A stretch of DNA of 52,803 nucleotides, from the IMG/VR virus record IMGVR_UViG_3300006865_000015, positions 1 to 52,803 of that record. One strand, given 5' to 3'. Below the pieces are notes generated by a model. It had not been told where the DNA came from and ran no database searches. It saw only the letters and a list, made by a program, of their open reading frames with translations. The position numbers and the translations under genes were made by a program. This DNA is from a virus (taxonomy: Duplodnaviria > Caudoviricetes). Below, one piece after another: positions 34,730 to 44,730 of the stretch; within the stretch, counting starts at the first letter, position 1, and each line of letters opens with the position of its first letter.

Positions 34730-36622
34730 TTAGATCTTGAGTTCTACCATCGAGATCTCGTAGCTTGTAAGCACCGAGGACATGTTGGCTAGAAGTGTAC
34801 GGTTAGAAGTGTAGCAAGACACCGTCACTTGAGCATAGAGGCGGTACTCGCGCCCAGTGACAATGCTACCAATATCATGCGGGGTGGCGATCACCACAGG
34901 GAAACGGTAACTTGCCGCAGTGTCAGTTCCGGTGATGACGCTACTCTTGTATTCGCTGACAAGAGCCGTGTTGATCCAGCTAGAGCCGTTGTACTCATCT
35001 CGCCAGAGTGTCACGGTGATATCCAGGAAGGACTGCGTGGCCGTCTTCAACCAGACTGCAATGCTCTGGTTGAGAAAGCAAAGGATGTTAGGCTTCTGCA
35101 GGTTACGAGACACGTACTGCCCTGCCATAGTCAACGTGGCAGACGCAAAGTTGACAGCAGGACCTGTATGCACAGCCACGTTAGCCTGTGTTGCCCTAGA
35201 GTTGGCGTAGAATCCGTTCAGATAGATCTCAGAGCCGTTGTAGGTGAGATTCTGTGTCGCTTTCCCTAGCACAAAACGACCATCATCGTAGAATCGAGCA
35301 CCAGAGCCAGCCATGGTGGTCCCGCTGATGGCGGGGCTGGAGCCTACAGAAAGCTCTCCTGAGATGGTCAGGTTGGTGCCGTCCCACTTGAGGTTCTTTG
35401 CTGCGTTGCCAATGGAGAGGCGCGGTGTTCCAGCGTCGTTCCCCAAGAAGAAACCTGCAGTAGTGTCCGCAAAAGATGTCTTTCCACTGTAGAGGGCACC
35501 TGCGGATGCGATCGACACAACCCCTAGGTTGGCTGTAATAGCGGACAGGGAACCTACCTTCAGGTTGCTCAGGTAAGGGGTCTGCCATACCGTGTTGCCA
35601 GTCGTTGCGGAGTAGATACCATCTGATTGGAAAAGAGATTCACCAGCGACGATTACCGGAGGCGTCTGCTGCCACGTTAGGCCGGACACACCAAAATGGG
35701 TCCCTGTGTCGGGGAAGCTGGAACCACCTGCCGTGGTAGCCGTCGAGCCGGGTGTGAACGTAGTAGCAGAAGCTGCTTTGGCGTACATCATACGCGCACT
35801 GTTACCTGGGCTACCCTGCGGCCCGATAGAGCCGTCTTCACGGTAACCGATAGAGCCTTCCACTGCAGCGGCCCAGTCTGCCGAGGTCGTCACAGCGGTT
35901 GCTGTTGCAACTAGCGTCAGCGAGATCATGTACAACGTGTAGCCGGTACCAGGGGCAACAGGGGCAGCAGTAGACCAACCCGCAGGCAACGCGCTGATTG
36001 CGCCAGTCGCCCAGGTGTAGTTGAATGCTTGCGTGTGACTTGGGATACCGCTGTTAGACCAACGGAACAACTGCAGAGTGATTGCCTTAGTGCCGTCTAC
36101 ACCGTTAGCGCCTGCTGCACCAGTAGCGCCGGTAGCACCTGTAGCTCCAGGCGGCCCTTGCGGCCCTGCAGGGCCAACAGCCGTCGTGATGACGTCGAGG
36201 TCAATGGGCGCTCCAGGATCCTCCAGCCAAAGAGCATCGATTGGTGCAGTGTTGACATTGAACTGGATCTGCCGACCGCCAGTCACTTTGTAGTACAGCT
36301 TTTTCGTTGTGCTGAATCCACCACCAGAGACCTGATACCAAGTGTACAACGCGGGGTTGGTAGACTCGGTAGTCTCGTCAGTGTTGCGCACACCATAGTA
36401 CAACCTGTTGGTCTGGGCGTTCGACAGGTTGGTACCGATACGATCATCAGCGTACTTGATGTGGATGTACTTGTAGAGGTAGCCTTGAATGACTCCGTTC
36501 GCCTTGATTTCGCCGGTCTCTACGTTCGTCTCCAAGATGCCGAGTTGGCCCAACAGCATGGACAGTCGGTAGAGGTAGCTGTCCAGCTCAGCATTACCGG
36601 TTTCCGGTGGTGTTAGAATCAT
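34730..36622 (-). CDS. Tail protein with collagen-like repeats
   Basis: YIHIKYADD..YTW, G-X-Y run, LKVGSLSAITANLG. Confidence 0.75.
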   Translation of the reverse strand: MILTPPETGNAELDSYLYRLSMLLGQLGILETNVETGEIKANGVIQGYLYKYIHIKYADDRIGTNLSNAQTNRLYYGVRNTDETTESTNPALYTWYQVSGGGFSTTKKLYYKVTGGRQIQFNVNTAPIDALWLEDPGAPIDLDVITTAVGPAGPQGPPGATGATGATGAAGANGVDGTKAITLQLFRWSNSGIPSHTQAFNYTWATGAISALPAGWSTAAPVAPGTGYTLYMISLTLVATATAVTTSADWAAAVEGSIGYREDGSIGPQGSPGNSARMMYAKAASATTFTPGSTATTAGGSSFPDTGTHFGVSGLTWQQTPPVIVAGESLFQSDGIYSATTGNTVWQTPYLSNLKVGSLSAITANLGVVSIASAGALYSGKTSFADTTAGFFLGNDAGTPRLSIGNAAKNLKWDGTNLTISGELSVGSSPAISGTTMAGSGARFYDDGRFVLGKATQNLTYNGSEIYLNGFYANSRATQANVAVHTGPAVNFASATLTMAGQYVSRNLQKPNILCFLNQSIAVWLKTATQSFLDITVTLWRDEYNGSSWINTALVSEYKSSVITGTDTAASYRFPVVIATPHDIGSIVTGREYRLYAQVTVSCYTSNRTLLANMSSVLTSYEISMVELKI

Positions 36623-36633
36623 TCGTCGCTCCT

Positions 36634-38178
36634 TTACTTCGCGCCTGAAGGCTTGGCCTCAATACCTAGCAGGGCAATCCGCCAGTGGCCTGTACAAGAC
36701 ATCCTGTACGAGTAGAAACGACCATGCGATCGAGGATCAACCTTGTAGCCTTGTGTGCCAAGATCTTTTGGTTTGAAGTTCATGACATCGCGGCCTGACG
36801 CATTGGTCCAGTCTTCAGGAGCCAGCGCGGTGTTCTTGCCGCGCACATGGACGAGGACAGTCGGGTTTGCTTGATCCGTTTCGATGACAGGGCACAGAGC
36901 AGTGATCAGATTAGCATCTAGCGCGTTGCCCGAGAATAGGTTCAGCCGCTCTACGTACGACGTGAATGTAGAGAGTGCAGTCCCGTTCCAGAACTGGTAG
37001 CCTGATTCGTTAGTCAGCACGGTAGCTGTTCCCAGACACTGCACGACCTGCTCATCAGCATACTGGTACGCGCCACCTGAGATGCCATACGATGTGAACA
37101 TGCTGACAGGATTGCCAGTGAGGTCACGGAAGTACCAGACATTGTCCTTGTAGTTGAAGATCATTGCCTCATTGCAGACCGTGGATGCACCTTTCGGGTA
37201 ACACACCCAGATCTCCTGCGTCTTCGCATGCTTCTGCACAAACACCTTATGCGAATAGGCTTTGTTGAGCCCATTGAAGAAGTACTTGCGAAGACGCTTG
37301 TCAACTAGAGACCGAGGTAGACCACTACCGTTGTGAGCGTAAATGTCATTACGATCAACAACAAAGTGATTGCCATCAAATTCAGTGACACAACCAGTGT
37401 TGAGCACACCGTAGCCCTTAGCGTAGGGTACAACTCTTGAGTTGCCCGTGTTGATGGTGAGTACATGAATGGTGTCCGAAGAGTAGAGGAACATACTACC
37501 CCGGAGTTCAGCGCCATCCAGAAGAGGACTGGTCGAGTTGACTTCGAACTCATCTGCGGTATCCGTAGTGAACCCTGGGAGCCAGATGTCGGGGAAGGCA
37601 CCCGTGGCAGCTTGCACGCTGATTCGCACAGTGGACGGCGCATTCGTGATGGTAGACCCGTTGTTGATCGTCAGATTGATTGCCACTAGAGAGTACCCTA
37701 GCGTCCTGATTGCCTTCGCGTAGATGGTGAGACCAGAGTGGTTCCAGTTCGGAAACGGTTGAAAGGTAGAGCCTGCAACAGGATCCCCATAGAGCGCGTA
37801 CAGCGGTGTACTCTTCCCGTTGTTGATGATGACTGCGTAGCCACCATTGAAGAATTCAGTCTGCCAGACGGAGTCAGTGTAGTCTGCCGATGCGCTGTTT
37901 AGCATGAAGGCTTCCGAGCCTCCAGCATCGACACGTACTGCTTTTCCGTCTTGCAGGTAAATGTCGTAGCCCTGGTCTGGGCGACGCCAGTGGATGCCAT
38001 ACTCAGGGAGATTGTTAGTCACTGTACGACGAACAACTTCCCCTTTCATAGACTCCACACCATTGTCGACGCAGCGCATGTTACGGATCTCCGTGAACAT
38101 GTTCTCGCCAAGTTGGACACTCGGGGTGTCCTTCACGACACCACCAGCGCCGAGTTGCTGGATCGGTTTTGCTGGCAT
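36634..38178 (-). CDS. Tail nozzle/stabilisation protein
   Basis: 514 aa, beta-rich; GGVVKD N-terminus, EIWVCYP, GRFYSY. Confidence 0.7.
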   Translation of the reverse strand: MPAKPIQQLGAGGVVKDTPSVQLGENMFTEIRNMRCVDNGVESMKGEVVRRTVTNNLPEYGIHWRRPDQGYDIYLQDGKAVRVDAGGSEAFMLNSASADYTDSVWQTEFFNGGYAVIINNGKSTPLYALYGDPVAGSTFQPFPNWNHSGLTIYAKAIRTLGYSLVAINLTINNGSTITNAPSTVRISVQAATGAFPDIWLPGFTTDTADEFEVNSTSPLLDGAELRGSMFLYSSDTIHVLTINTGNSRVVPYAKGYGVLNTGCVTEFDGNHFVVDRNDIYAHNGSGLPRSLVDKRLRKYFFNGLNKAYSHKVFVQKHAKTQEIWVCYPKGASTVCNEAMIFNYKDNVWYFRDLTGNPVSMFTSYGISGGAYQYADEQVVQCLGTATVLTNESGYQFWNGTALSTFTSYVERLNLFSGNALDANLITALCPVIETDQANPTVLVHVRGKNTALAPEDWTNASGRDVMNFKPKDLGTQGYKVDPRSHGRFYSYRMSCTGHWRIALLGIEAKPSGAK

Positions 38179-38187
38179 GCCGATCTC

Positions 38188-38670
38188 CTATTTCTTGGGT
38201 TTGACCCAGACAACGCATTCAGCCTCTCTGCGAAGCTGTAGTCCTCGCAGTACCTTACCACCGCCCTTGTCCCACTTGCGTAGTTCATGTGGTACTTCAT
38301 CCCAACGCTGCGCCAGGATCCTTTTGCGAAGGGTACTGATCTGCAGGTTTCCAGGGCCAAGGTTGTATACGAAGTCCAGGATCGCGTTGATTCTTGCCGG
38401 GTTGTTTGTAACGAAGTAGTCTGCCACCAGTGTCGGACATAGCCGGAGTAGCTGAGGTAGAAACTTTCCAACCAAAGTGTGCTTGAAGAGCTCTCTCGCA
38501 CGGGACTCTAAGATCGGAGGATCTTTAAGAGTCACACGAGTGCCGTCTTCGTAGAAAGTGGAGCCGTAACCGATTGTTGGCACCTTAGCGGGGCACAGGT
38601 ATGGAAAGGGCTTGAACCCCTCGAAGTGGTGGCCGAGGATTTCAGCGTCCGTTGTGTCGATGGGGTTCAT
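38188..38670 (-). CDS. Endolysin, GH24 lysozyme
   Basis: FEG..YLCPA..TIGYG, FVYNLG, GLQLRREAE. Confidence 0.93.
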   Translation of the reverse strand: MNPIDTTDAEILGHHFEGFKPFPYLCPAKVPTIGYGSTFYEDGTRVTLKDPPILESRARELFKHTLVGKFLPQLLRLCPTLVADYFVTNNPARINAILDFVYNLGPGNLQISTLRKRILAQRWDEVPHELRKWDKGGGKVLRGLQLRREAECVVWVKPKK

Positions 38671-38674
38671 GCTG

Positions 38675-38926
38675 TTACTTGTCTGGTTTGAGTACTCGCC
38701 GGATGTAGTCGTCTACACGCCCAATCGCCTCCAGAACTTCAGAGCGAAAGGTGTGGAAGTCATCCCTCCGAACGTAGCTGATAGGGAGATCCCCCTTCAA
38801 AGACGAAAGCTCCTTCTGCATCTCTTTGTGGAGAGTCCAGAGCTCACGCGCCAAGTACGAGATGACTGCAGCAAACAGAGTCAGGAGACCCAGTGCGACA
38901 TCCTCCAGTTCTAATGCAATATTCAA
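38675..38926 (-). CDS. Single-TM lysis-region protein (holin/antiholin candidate)
   Basis: N-terminal TM, coiled coil, LPISYVRRDDF. Confidence 0.55.
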   Translation of the reverse strand: MNIALELEDVALGLLTLFAAVISYLARELWTLHKEMQKELSSLKGDLPISYVRRDDFHTFRSEVLEAIGRVDDYIRRVLKPDK

Positions 38927-39426
38927 GATAGCCGCCTCTTAGCGAGAGTACGATCGAGGAACCAGTAGTTGATCACACCACTGACCATGGCGATGAAATC
39001 AGGCGTCATCACCAGCTTGAAGGTCTCAGCTGCGGACAGAGAGGACATGATTGCCAGCCAGATGTGCATTCCAGACCAAACAGCAAGCAGCCAGTAGGTG
39101 ATCGTCGGTCGAACCAGGGCAGACATACCGGCGATGAAGCCCGCCCACTTGGTTCCAGCCGCCCCCTTGACGAGTTCGACTTGCTGGTCAACAGCAGCAC
39201 GCATAGCAGCAAGAACGCCCTGATCGATACCAGCCTCTGCGGTTGCAGTGACTTCGCGCAGCTTCAGGTCGCCCTGGAGTTGCACTAGTGCAGCCTGCTC
39301 CTTGAACATGAGGAGCTCGTGGGCGCGTTCGTTCTTCTTGTCCATCCAGGAGAGGACTTCTGGCGCGAGCCGGAAGACCCCACCAAGAAGACCACCGAGA
39401 ACGCTGCCGCCGAGTAGGGATTCCAT
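38923..39426 (-). CDS. Putative 3-TM holin
   Basis: Hydrophobic segments, VRPTITY, YWFLDR; adjacent to endolysin. Confidence 0.6.
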   Translation of the reverse strand: MESLLGGSVLGGLLGGVFRLAPEVLSWMDKKNERAHELLMFKEQAALVQLQGDLKLREVTATAEAGIDQGVLAAMRAAVDQQVELVKGAAGTKWAGFIAGMSALVRPTITYWLLAVWSGMHIWLAIMSSLSAAETFKLVMTPDFIAMVSGVINYWFLDRTLAKRRLS

Positions 39427-39437
39427 GTTGTGTCTCC

Positions 39438-39710
39438 TTACATTGCGTCAGTCACGAAAACGCCACCGACCGTCCAGAAGAAGTCAGCCCAGGTAGGATC
39501 ACCCTTCTTCATTAGCCAATCGTAGATGACTTCCTTACCGCCTGCTAGTGCGACACCAGTAGCAGCAGGAAGCCACCGTTGAACTTCCGGTTGCGCAAAG
39601 AACGGGAAGAAGGCAGCGAGAAGGAGTACACCTGCACGGACAGCCGTGGTGAACAGAGCGCCCCACACGAAGTGGTTTGCCCAATCTTGTCGAATCAGAA
39701 GTCTGTCCAT
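39438..39710 (-). CDS. Membrane protein
   Basis: D..NH..KE..D..D pattern among TM segments. Confidence 0.6.
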   Translation of the reverse strand: MDRLLIRQDWANHFVWGALFTTAVRAGVLLLAAFFPFFAQPEVQRWLPAATGVALAGGKEVIYDWLMKKGDPTWADFFWTVGGVFVTDAM

Positions 39711-39732
39711 GGGACGTCTCCTAGGTAGTCGG

Positions 39733-39930
39733 TTAGTCGGTCAGGCCTGCCTTGACAGGCTCCACGGGCTCTTCAGCCGGAAGGGCCGGAGGCGGGTTCA
39801 GCTGCGCGGTCGCTTGACCTTGGATGAGTTGGAACACCGAGTCTGCGACGCGGCGCGGTTGCTCGTTCACAAGGGTCAGAAGCCACTCAACGACGGGAAG
39901 AGGGAGCGTGAGGGTGATTTGCTTGTCCAT
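39733..39930 (-). CDS. Hypothetical protein (possible tail fiber chaperone)
   Basis: TGAAAGGA RBS; downstream of the fiber genes. Confidence 0.6.
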   Translation of the reverse strand: MDKQITLTLPLPVVEWLLTLVNEQPRRVADSVFQLIQGQATAQLNPPPALPAEEPVEPVKAGLTD

Positions 39931-39964
39931 GATAACGTAGTCCTTTCAGGGGTAGGTTGTTTCT

Positions 39965-39980
39965 GCCTTAGGCACCGGCT
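39965..39980 (-). promoter_or_regulatory. Putative phage RNAP promoter, copy 2
   Basis: AGCCGGTGCCTAAGGC upstream of the lysis/tail/ejection genes. Confidence 0.55.
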
Positions 39981-40402
39981 TAGGCGTCCTTCGTCGCAGT
40001 GAGAGTCACGTTGACAGAGGCAACAAGCTGAGTGCCACCTGAGTCAGAGAAGATCTCTAACGTGAATGACACGGAGCTCGTCCCGATTGTCGTCTGTGAC
40101 CGAGTCCAACCTGCACCGCCCGAGAGCGACTGCAGAGAAGTAGAACCTGACGAGAACGAACCAGAGATAATCGTTGCCTTGCACCAGTAACTTGAGCCGA
40201 CACCCGGAGTAGTTGGCGTAAACCAGTTGGGCTTTGTAGCTGGATTGTTACCTGCGCCTGTCGTACATGTGCCGTCTGACAGAAGGTCAAGGGAGGCTGT
40301 TGCGTTAACAGGATCGATCGTAGTTCGAGAGATTGTACCGCCAGCAAAGTCTTCAAAGGGCGTTTTAGCGCCACCAAGCAGCATCAAAGTAATGCCGCTC
40401 AT
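39980..40402 (-). CDS. Tail fiber tip/adhesin-like protein
   Basis: ATGA-coupled to the fiber; MSGITLMLLGG; Ser/Thr/Gly-rich beta protein. Confidence 0.6.
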   Translation of the reverse strand: MSGITLMLLGGAKTPFEDFAGGTISRTTIDPVNATASLDLLSDGTCTTGAGNNPATKPNWFTPTTPGVGSSYWCKATIISGSFSSGSTSLQSLSGGAGWTRSQTTIGTSSVSFTLEIFSDSGGTQLVASVNVTLTATKDA

Positions 40403-42969
40403 GACAGACCTGCCCCGCTGATAACAAACACGTTCGTACCGACACACAGGATCGTTGCCAAGCCACGCTGAGCCAGCGTTCGGTTGCCCGTCAAGGCGGT
40501 ACCTGCTAAACGCAGAGTAGTGCTCGCGCCCTGCGTGATCGTGATATTTCCAGTAGTGTTGTTGAAGACCGTAACTGCATCTCCAATGCTGAAAACACTA
40601 GCAGGTACGGTAACACCGCCAGAGGCAGACACATGCTTTGCGGCATCAGCCGCAACGAGGTTTCCGCTTGTGGTGCTCGACTGCGGTACTCGACGCCAGC
40701 CGAGTTCAAGGCCACTACCGTCTCGTAGGGAGCCACTTGAGGTCAAACGTAGACCAACTGTAGTGCCACGCGACAGGATTAGATCACCCTCAGAGCGAAG
40801 CACAAGTTCTGATTGAGCCCCGCTGGTAACCAGCGCAGCGCCCGAGCCCAAGTAGCCTAGGACGGTGCTACCGTCATTGCGTAGGAACACTGCATAGTTT
40901 GTTCCAGACGTTGAAGAGTAGAATTGCCCCCAAGCAGTAGCGCCACCGTTAATATTCAGTTTCGCGCCACCACTAAACAGACCAAGTTGCGCCAACCCAC
41001 CAGCAGTAAGCCGCAACACCTCCGCACCATTGGTGTAGAAGGACATTCGCGTGTTGGAACGATTGATGATATCTACGTTGCTTGAAGAATCCTGCTGCAA
41101 GTCAAACGAGCTACTCCCTGGTGTAGTCGCATTACCGCCAAGTCGAATTCCGGCGATAGCGCCTGCTCCAACGCGAACATTGACGTAGGCAGCTGTCGTA
41201 CCTAAGAAGTCAGCCACTTGCGAGCCGCCAGAGTTTACCTGAAGCACTCCGTAACCACTATCAGTGTTGCGGTTCACGAAGACAAGGCCACTCCCTGTGA
41301 TGCTCATGCGCAACGTTGAAGAGAGCAGCTGCGAAGTTCCAGTCTCAGCGCCCGCGTTGTAGGTGTAGAAATCAAGACCACCGCCATAGGGTCCAGTGAT
41401 TAGTGCCCCGCCTTGCATTCCAATCCCTGAAGGTTGGACGTACTGCGGAGAAGCTACGCTGGTATCTGCATAGGCACCAAAGCCAATAGCAGGTCCGTAG
41501 ACCGCATTGGCGCCAAGCCCAGGTTGCACATAGAAAGGCCGGTTAGTACCCCCAAAGCGTGCAGTGGGCGTGTTAGCTCCATTGGCAGATGGACTAACAT
41601 CGAGCGTGAAGCCAGAAGTAGGCGAGTTCAGCAGCAGACCACCTGTGGTCGGAAACCGCGCGGCTTCCCCGGTATTCATCAGGATGGAAAAGGCATGATT
41701 GCTGATCGTGCCAACAGCGCCCCGCGCAGAAGCCGTGCCGAATAGCACTTGCTGAGTGCCGTTGCTGTAGCGGTAGCCGTTACCATCGCCTGCCAAGGCA
41801 TCAACCTTGTATACCGGAGTCAGTCCAAAGCCGATGTTACCACTTGTGTCAAGGAGAGCCTGCGTGACGTTAGCGCCGTTACCAGAAAAGTACAGGCCAG
41901 CGCTGCCTGCAATACGGAGACCTTTAACGCCACCCGTTTGTGAGTAGCCACCAATCAGGCCAAGACCGTCTGCATCTTGTTCGAAGCCAATCGCGCTTGC
42001 AGCACCGGTTTGTACCCAGAACTTCCGCAGAGGGGCAGCACCGACACCAAAGCCAGCGCTGTTTAGTCGCAGTGCTTCCGCGCCAGCGATGCTCCATGCT
42101 TGCGTGTCAGCCGCAGGTGCCCACCAGCCATTGCTAGTATCGCCGCTAAATGAAAAGCCAGGGGCACCAACCGTACCGGCAATTCCTAGCAGAGCACCGG
42201 TCATAGTGCCGCCTGCCTTGGGTAGATAAGCGGAGCCATCTACCGGAGTGAAGCCAAGCGCCGTGGTCACATCTGAACTCGTCAGTGTAACAGCGCCAGT
42301 CCGGGAGTTGAATGATAGAACGCCAGGAATGCCGATCCAGGCAGAACCCGTGTACATGCGCAACTCATTGCTGCCGGTGTTGAAGTACAGCATACCAGCC
42401 GCGAGAGCACCACCTTGGTTGTTCACCGTGGGGTTTGCTGCCTTCGCGCCAAGATACTTCTGGTCCATAGCCACGAAGGAGGCAGCAGCATTGTTCTCAG
42501 AGATCAAAGCGGCAGCGGCACTGGCAGCGGCGGCACTGGCCGATGCGCTGGAAGCTGAAGCCGAATTGGCGGAGTTCGTAGCGCTGGTCGCAGCCTCAGA
42601 TGCACTCGCGCTAGCGGCGGATGCGGAGTTGCCAGCGTTAGTGGCGCTCGTAGAGGCAGCGGCAGCAGAGCCAGCAGCACTCGTGGCTGCAGTCGATGCG
42701 GTAGAAGCTGAGGCGCTCGCAGCAGAGGCACTGCCAGCGGCTGCACTCTCAGAGGCAGAAGCGGCAATAGCACTCGCATTAGCCGCGTTCTGAGAAGCCA
42801 ACGCAGCGGCTGCACTAGCAGCTGCGGCTGCGGCAGACACAGCGGCAGCAGCTACGCTTGACTCGACTAGGGTCTCGATTAGGATGGCCGGATCATTTGG
42901 GATCGGGCTGTATACACCGCCGTCGAGAGTGGTAGGGTCAGTGGACCCTGGAACGGCATCGTACGGCAT
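40399..42969 (-). CDS. Tail fiber protein
   Basis: Ala/Ser stalk, VLSFNSRTGAVTL, YLPKAGGTMTG, repeated beta modules. Confidence 0.9.
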   Translation of the reverse strand: MPYDAVPGSTDPTTLDGGVYSPIPNDPAILIETLVESSVAAAAVSAAAAAASAAAALASQNAANASAIAASASESAAAGSASAASASASTASTAATSAAGSAAAASTSATNAGNSASAASASASEAATSATNSANSASASSASASAAAASAAAALISENNAAASFVAMDQKYLGAKAANPTVNNQGGALAAGMLYFNTGSNELRMYTGSAWIGIPGVLSFNSRTGAVTLTSSDVTTALGFTPVDGSAYLPKAGGTMTGALLGIAGTVGAPGFSFSGDTSNGWWAPAADTQAWSIAGAEALRLNSAGFGVGAAPLRKFWVQTGAASAIGFEQDADGLGLIGGYSQTGGVKGLRIAGSAGLYFSGNGANVTQALLDTSGNIGFGLTPVYKVDALAGDGNGYRYSNGTQQVLFGTASARGAVGTISNHAFSILMNTGEAARFPTTGGLLLNSPTSGFTLDVSPSANGANTPTARFGGTNRPFYVQPGLGANAVYGPAIGFGAYADTSVASPQYVQPSGIGMQGGALITGPYGGGLDFYTYNAGAETGTSQLLSSTLRMSITGSGLVFVNRNTDSGYGVLQVNSGGSQVADFLGTTAAYVNVRVGAGAIAGIRLGGNATTPGSSSFDLQQDSSSNVDIINRSNTRMSFYTNGAEVLRLTAGGLAQLGLFSGGAKLNINGGATAWGQFYSSTSGTNYAVFLRNDGSTVLGYLGSGAALVTSGAQSELVLRSEGDLILSRGTTVGLRLTSSGSLRDGSGLELGWRRVPQSSTTSGNLVAADAAKHVSASGGVTVPASVFSIGDAVTVFNNTTGNITITQGASTTLRLAGTALTGNRTLAQRGLATILCVGTNVFVISGAGLS
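42480..42860 (-). repeat. Ala/Ser-rich low-complexity repeats in the fiber
   Basis: Imperfect heptads such as SAAAAST, SATNAGN, SASAASA. Confidence 0.8.
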
Positions 42970-42990
42970 GTTGTTCTCCTTTTCGCCAGG

Positions 42991-43857
42991 TTAGATCAGA
43001 CCACCCGCATTGACGTTCATCTGGACGTTGCCGCCCTTGGCCCGTCTCATTACTTCTTCGTTGTTCAGCCTTGCCACTTCATCGTTGACCTTCTTCTCGT
43101 ACCGCTTCTCCATCTTGTCATCGTCGAGATAGGCACCGATGTGCTTGAGAGAAGCCCAGATCAGAAGACGCTCGTTCGAATCACGCATCCAGTTGGGCGC
43201 TTCCTTACCAAGCAGCTGCACCTGCGCTTTGGTACCACCATTTAGGGTAATCCAAGCATCTGCTTCCGCCTCGGTGTCAAAGCCGTAGATGTTGCTCACG
43301 ATCCACAGGTACTTCCCAGAGGATGCGCTAGCTTCGAGGAAAGGCTGCGACGCCAGTAGAGTGCCGTCTAGCCAGTTGTTGGCAGACACCGTGAAGGTAG
43401 CGTTCAGAGCGGGAAGCCGTCGGTAGTAGTAGATCTCAAGCTGAACGCCTTCCGCCTGTTGCGGCGTGATCCAGATCTCATTTTCGCGCCACATGTAGCG
43501 CGCACCTGAGTAGTGTTCTTGCCACGGGTCTAGAAAGGAACGTACATCCGTTACCTGATTGAACACGTAGGGCGAGTCACGGCCACCAGATTTATCCAGC
43601 GGGCGAAGCATGACAAATTGTGCCATGTCAGAAGGAATCGGGATGACCGTGTATCTATCGTTTGCGTTGTTGTCAGCGGCACTTACTGTGTAGGTCCGAG
43701 AGAACTCAAGCGGAGGGATCCGTAGGTTCTGGTAGAGGTCGTCCACACCGTAGCGGATGCAGTCCTCAATAATCTCGGAAGGGATGGTCGCCGACTCAGG
43801 ACGGTTGCTCCAGTCACGGACCTTCGCCACGAGGGCGTCGTAGAGAGGCGTTGCCAT
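42991..43857 (-). CDS. Head-tail adaptor/tail tubular protein
   Basis: LRIPPLE, YYYRRLPAL, NWMRD; position after the capsid genes. Confidence 0.7.
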   Translation of the reverse strand: MATPLYDALVAKVRDWSNRPESATIPSEIIEDCIRYGVDDLYQNLRIPPLEFSRTYTVSAADNNANDRYTVIPIPSDMAQFVMLRPLDKSGGRDSPYVFNQVTDVRSFLDPWQEHYSGARYMWRENEIWITPQQAEGVQLEIYYYRRLPALNATFTVSANNWLDGTLLASQPFLEASASSGKYLWIVSNIYGFDTEAEADAWITLNGGTKAQVQLLGKEAPNWMRDSNERLLIWASLKHIGAYLDDDKMEKRYEKKVNDEVARLNNEEVMRRAKGGNVQMNVNAGGLI

Positions 43858-43861
43858 TGTG

Positions 43862-44185
43862 TTATACCTTCTTCATGTTCGACGTCATCAGATGAGGATA
43901 CTCTGACAGGATGATCTTCTTGAGCCGTCGATAGTTGTTCGGGTCTTCCATGAACTCCGGCGCATGGACGTTCAGGCCGTACTTTATCAGGATGTCGATC
44001 GCAACGATGTCAGGCAGGATGAACGAGGAGCGGTACTGTCGGTTGCTAGGAACTTCACCATCAAGGGCGCGTTGCAGCTCTGCGTACTCTTTGTAAGCAC
44101 TGGCGCTCTGTTCAAGTTGGAAGCCACGCTCATCAGTCTTCACCACGAAGCTATGCGGGTTGTTATCTTGCGAGCGGAAAGCCAT
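43862..44185 (-). CDS. Virion-module hypothetical protein
   Basis: TGAAAGGA RBS; 107 aa. Confidence 0.7.
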   Translation of the reverse strand: MAFRSQDNNPHSFVVKTDERGFQLEQSASAYKEYAELQRALDGEVPSNRQYRSSFILPDIVAIDILIKYGLNVHAPEFMEDPNNYRRLKKIILSEYPHLMTSNMKKV

Positions 44186-44199
44186 ATTAGGAGTCCTTT

Positions 44200-44223
44200 C
44201 AAAGAGGCCCGTTGGGGCGGGCC
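44200..44223 (-). terminator. Hairpin/weak terminator
   Basis: GGCCCG-ccccaa-CGGGCC then tctttg. Confidence 0.45.
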
Positions 44224-44229
44224 GCTAGG

Positions 44230-44535
44230 TTAGAAGTTGACAGCGCGGTTCGACAGGATGACCTGAAACGAGCCATCGGGGCTCAGACAACCAAATTCGT
44301 ACAGGTCGTTTGTACCGTTGTAGGCAGGGATGGAACTCACCACAACAAGAGTGGGAACAGCTGCGTTGATACCGTCGAGGTACTTCACTTGCGTGATTGG
44401 GCCACGGGTGATTCGGCCACTTGCCATAGCAGTATCAGCACTAGTAGTATCTGCAGCCGTACTGATGAGCACAAGAGCTGACTCGCTGATCCAGGAGCGA
44501 GTACCTGCAGCGGCAGTGATTCGAAGGAATTTCAT
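44230..44535 (-). CDS. Virion-module hypothetical protein
   Basis: GGGAG RBS; 101 aa. Confidence 0.65.
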   Translation of the reverse strand: MKFLRITAAAGTRSWISESALVLISTAADTTSADTAMASGRITRGPITQVKYLDGINAAVPTLVVVSSIPAYNGTNDLYEFGCLSPDGSFQVILSNRAVNF

Positions 44536-44547
44536 GGGGTCTCCCGA

Positions 44548-44664
44548 TTAGCCCGTCAACGTCAGGGCCGTAATGTTCGGGGCCACGTAGCCGTTGATGG
44601 AAGAGTAGGTGGTGTTGACAGCGGCGAGTCGGTCGGCAGTGAAGCCGTCTTCGATCACAGGCAT
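44548..44664 (-). CDS. Small protein (38 aa), possible capsid accessory
   Basis: AAGGAG RBS; MPVIEDGFTADRLAAVNTTYSSINGYVAPNITALTLTG. Confidence 0.6.
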   Translation of the reverse strand: MPVIEDGFTADRLAAVNTTYSSINGYVAPNITALTLTG

Positions 44665-44683
44665 GATGTCTCCTTGAAAGTTG

Positions 44684-44723
44684 AAAAGGGAGGCACAGGT
44701 TGCCCCATACCCCCCTTTTTTTT
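44684..44723 (-). terminator. Terminator after major capsid gene
   Basis: 12-bp stem with GCAA loop, flanked by A8 and T4. Confidence 0.85.
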
Positions 44724-44730
44724 AGATAGA

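Noticed and set aside
39980-42969. Diversity-generating retroelement or invertible fiber cassette
   Set aside because: No reverse transcriptase, recombinase or duplicated template region seen
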